49,586 nt of DNA from Bacteroidales bacterium (GTDB lineage: Bacteria > Bacteroidota > Bacteroidia > Bacteroidales > VadinHA17), in the NCBI GenBank assembly GCA_012522155.1, contig JAAYKX010000245.1, positions 1 through 49,586 on the forward strand, given 5' to 3'. Position 1 is the stretch's first letter; each line of letters opens with the position of its first letter. A program made the position numbers and the translations under genes. The notes under the pieces were generated by a model. The model had not been told where the DNA came from, did no database searches, and was given only the letters and a program-made list of their open reading frames with translations. Of the stretch, positions 47,294 through 49,586 are shown one piece after another.

Positions 47294-48208
47294 ATGGCAT
47301 TATTTGAAGCCGTGAACATTACCAAGCAATTCGGAAATCTCACCGCACTTGACAGGGTAAGTATTTCCGTTCCTGCAAAATGCATATACGGACTACTGGG
47401 TCCGAACGGTGCAGGGAAAACAACACTACTGAGAATAATCAACCAGATCACCGGTCCCGATTCCGGAGAACTGTACCTTGACGGTAAAAGGTTAAGGCCT
47501 GAAGACGTCAGACAGATCGGTTACCTTCCCGAGGAAAGAGGCTTGTACAAAAAGATGAAAGTCGGGGAACAGGCTCTGTACTTCGCACGGTTAAAGGGTC
47601 TGTCAAAGCATGAGGCCATGCGGAGGCTGAAATACTGGTTCAGGAAACTGGAAATTGTTGACTGGTGGGGCAGGAAGGTGGAAGAACTGTCCAAGGGCAT
47701 GCAGCAGAAGGTTCAGTTCATAACCACTGTCCTGCATGAGCCGAAACTGATAATATTTGATGAGCCTTTTACCGGATTTGATCCGCTGAATGTCAATATT
47801 ATCAAGAATGAGATCCTGTTTTTACGTGACAGGGGTGCAACAATAATTTTCTCAACCCATAATATGGGATCGGTGGAAGAACTGTGTGATAATATAAGCC
47901 TTATCGACAAGGCAAAAACCATCCTGGAAGGAAGTGTAAGCGGGATACGCAACGAGTGGGCAGCCAATGAATATGAACTCACTTTCAGCGGTGATGTGAA
48001 TTTTGAAGAAAACGGCCGGTTCAAAATTATCGACAGGAACTATGGAAACGGCAGAACAAGTATCCGGCTCAGAACTGCTGACGGAATCTCCAATAATGAG
48101 ATTCTGAATTCCCTTCTTGACAGGGGAAATATTATTTCATTCAACCCGGCACTGCCGTCAATGAATGAAATATTTATCAGGGTAGTGGAATCACGCGGGG
48201 AAGAGTAA
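47294..48208 (+). CDS. ABC transporter ATP-binding protein (ABC-2 / NatA-like)
   Basis: Walker A GPNGAGKTT, signature LSKGMQQK, Walker B IIFDEP. 304 aa. Confidence 0.92.
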   Translation: MALFEAVNITKQFGNLTALDRVSISVPAKCIYGLLGPNGAGKTTLLRIINQITGPDSGELYLDGKRLRPEDVRQIGYLPEERGLYKKMKVGEQALYFARLKGLSKHEAMRRLKYWFRKLEIVDWWGRKVEELSKGMQQKVQFITTVLHEPKLIIFDEPFTGFDPLNVNIIKNEILFLRDRGATIIFSTHNMGSVEELCDNISLIDKAKTILEGSVSGIRNEWAANEYELTFSGDVNFEENGRFKIIDRNYGNGRTSIRLRTADGISNNEILNSLLDRGNIISFNPALPSMNEIFIRVVESRGEE

Positions 48209-48234
48209 TAATCAACTAAGCAGCCAGCAGGACC

Positions 48235-49586
48235 ATGAATAAAACAGCGATAATAATAAAAAGAGAATATCTCACGCGGGTCAGGAAAAAATCCTTTATC
48301 ATAATGACCATCCTGGCTCCCCTCCTTGTGGCAGGATTTGTAATACTTATTCCGCTTATCATGTTTTCCGGAGACAAGGACCATAAACAGATAGCTGTAA
48401 TTGAAGAGGGTACACGAATATTCAGAAATACCATTCCTGATACCAGGAACGAAAAATTTGTATACCTCGACAATGTCCGTATCAATGACCTGATCACCAC
48501 ATTTGAACAGGCCGGATATTACGGGATTCTCTATCTGTCACCCCATGCCCTGAGCAATCCGATACTCTATTCCAGGAAACAGCCGGATATCGGACTCCTT
48601 GAACATATTTCGGGATCCCTGAAAAAGGAGCTGGAAAGACAGAAGCTCCTTACCTACAATATTCAGAATCTCGATTCAATACTGACACAGATACGTACCA
48701 ATGTGTCAGTATCAACCAGGCTGGTTGATGAAACAGGCAAAGCCACCGAAACAAGCACGGGGATCTCCATGGCACTTGCCTATATAGGAGGTCTGCTGAT
48801 GTATATGCTGGTTTTTATTTTTGGTTCACAGGTAATGAGAGGTGTGATAGAGGAAAAAACCAGCCGTGTTGTAGAGGTTATAATATCTTCAGTAAAACCT
48901 TCAGAGCTGATGATGGGTAAAATTGTAGGAATAGCCCTTGTGGGACTTACCCAGTTCCTGATATGGATTTTCCTGACAATAGGTGCAGTAGCTATTGTAA
49001 AATCAAGCATCCTGAACAGTACCGGCATTCAGGAAATCACACAAAGCGTCACGCAGGATATAATGTCTGCAGAACAGGTATCAGCGCTTCCGGCTGCGGA
49101 TCAGGCGGCACTTTCTCCCGACATGGCTGAATTTGCAAAAATATTTGACAGCGCATTAAATCAAAACTGGCTGCTGATAATATTTTCCTTCATCTTTTAT
49201 TTTATAACGGGTTATCTGCTGTATGCATCAATATTTGCTGCCATAGGATCGGCTGTCGACAATGAAACCGAAACCCAGCAATTCATGCTGCCGGTAACAA
49301 TACCCATAGTACTGGCACTGCTGGTTGCCATTGGAACGATGCAGAATCCCGAAAGCTCGGTGGCATTCTGGTTTTCACTTATTCCCCTGACTTCACCCAT
49401 AGTGATGATGGCAAGAATACCCTTTGGCGTTCCGGCATGGCAGCTTATAGTGTCCATGACACTGATGCTGATAACTTTTGCTGCCTTTGTATGGATGGCA
49501 GCAAAGGTGTACCGTACGGGAATACTGATGTACGGCAAGAAGAGTTCCTGGAAGGAATTATGGAAATGGCTGAGATACAAAGGTTA
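48235..49586 (+). CDS. ABC-2-type transporter permease (NatB/YhaP-like), 3' end beyond the window; absent from the ORF track
   Basis: The frame is open from ATG 48235 to the window end (450 codons). It reads MNKTAIIIKREYLTRVRKKSFIIMTILAPL..., has a large extracytoplasmic loop, then ...VMRGVIEEKTSRVVEVIISSVKPSELMMGKIVG... and several further TM helices. The antisense track ORFs here are spurious. Confidence 0.85.
   Translation, partial: MNKTAIIIKREYLTRVRKKSFIIMTILAPLLVAGFVILIPLIMFSGDKDHKQIAVIEEGTRIFRNTIPDTRNEKFVYLDNVRINDLITTFEQAGYYGILYLSPHALSNPILYSRKQPDIGLLEHISGSLKKELERQKLLTYNIQNLDSILTQIRTNVSVSTRLVDETGKATETSTGISMALAYIGGLLMYMLVFIFGSQVMRGVIEEKTSRVVEVIISSVKPSELMMGKIVGIALVGLTQFLIWIFLTIGAVAIVKSSILNSTGIQEITQSVTQDIMSAEQVSALPAADQAALSPDMAEFAKIFDSALNQNWLLIIFSFIFYFITGYLLYASIFAAIGSAVDNETETQQFMLPVTIPIVLALLVAIGTMQNPESSVAFWFSLIPLTSPIVMMARIPFGVPAWQLIVSMTLMLITFAAFVWMAAKVYRTGILMYGKKSSWKELWKWLRYKG

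Overview
Chromosomal segment from a member of the phylum Bacteroidota. The assignment rests on a SusC/SusD pair, a T9SS type-B C-terminal sorting domain, a DUF4290 gene, TAnnTTTG-type promoter boxes and the str/S10 gene order. From left to right the window holds: (i) the S10/str ribosomal-protein operon on the minus strand (rplP fragment, rpsC through rpsL, including fusA) and a divergent EF-G paralogue; (ii) a TetR-regulated RND efflux operon (TolC-like, adaptor, pump); (iii) a T9SS cargo protein, a UvrD/PcrA helicase, a DUF975-like membrane protein and a membrane-embedded LuxR-type regulator; (iv) a more accessory stretch at about 22.5-37.1 kb with thiamine pyrophosphokinase, a TAT-exported sugar-phosphate isomerase, SusC/SusD, a TolB-like CXXCH lipoprotein with a large polytopic membrane protein, and a TPP-riboswitch-controlled TonB receptor plus PnuT thiamine uptake operon; (v) housekeeping genes (ogt, DedA, GH2, kup, CapA-like, DUF4290, grpE-dnaJ, ABC transporter). 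I found no rRNA, tRNA, CRISPR array, transposase, integrase, phage gene or recognisable defence system, and I cannot name a clearly novel multi-gene system here. Four things deserve a second look. First, an 82-bp perfect direct repeat (an orphan copy of the isomerase 3' end) brackets a 9-kb block that also separates the thiamine uptake genes from TPK. Second, two transporter genes (RND pump, Kup) each carry a single in-frame stop. Third, the RND pump has a fused P-II-like C-terminal domain. Fourth, there is a recurrent pattern of short duplications of gene ends, intergenic minisatellites and low-complexity inserts in conserved proteins. The ORF track omits two edge-truncated genes, rplP at the left edge and an ABC-2 permease at the right edge.
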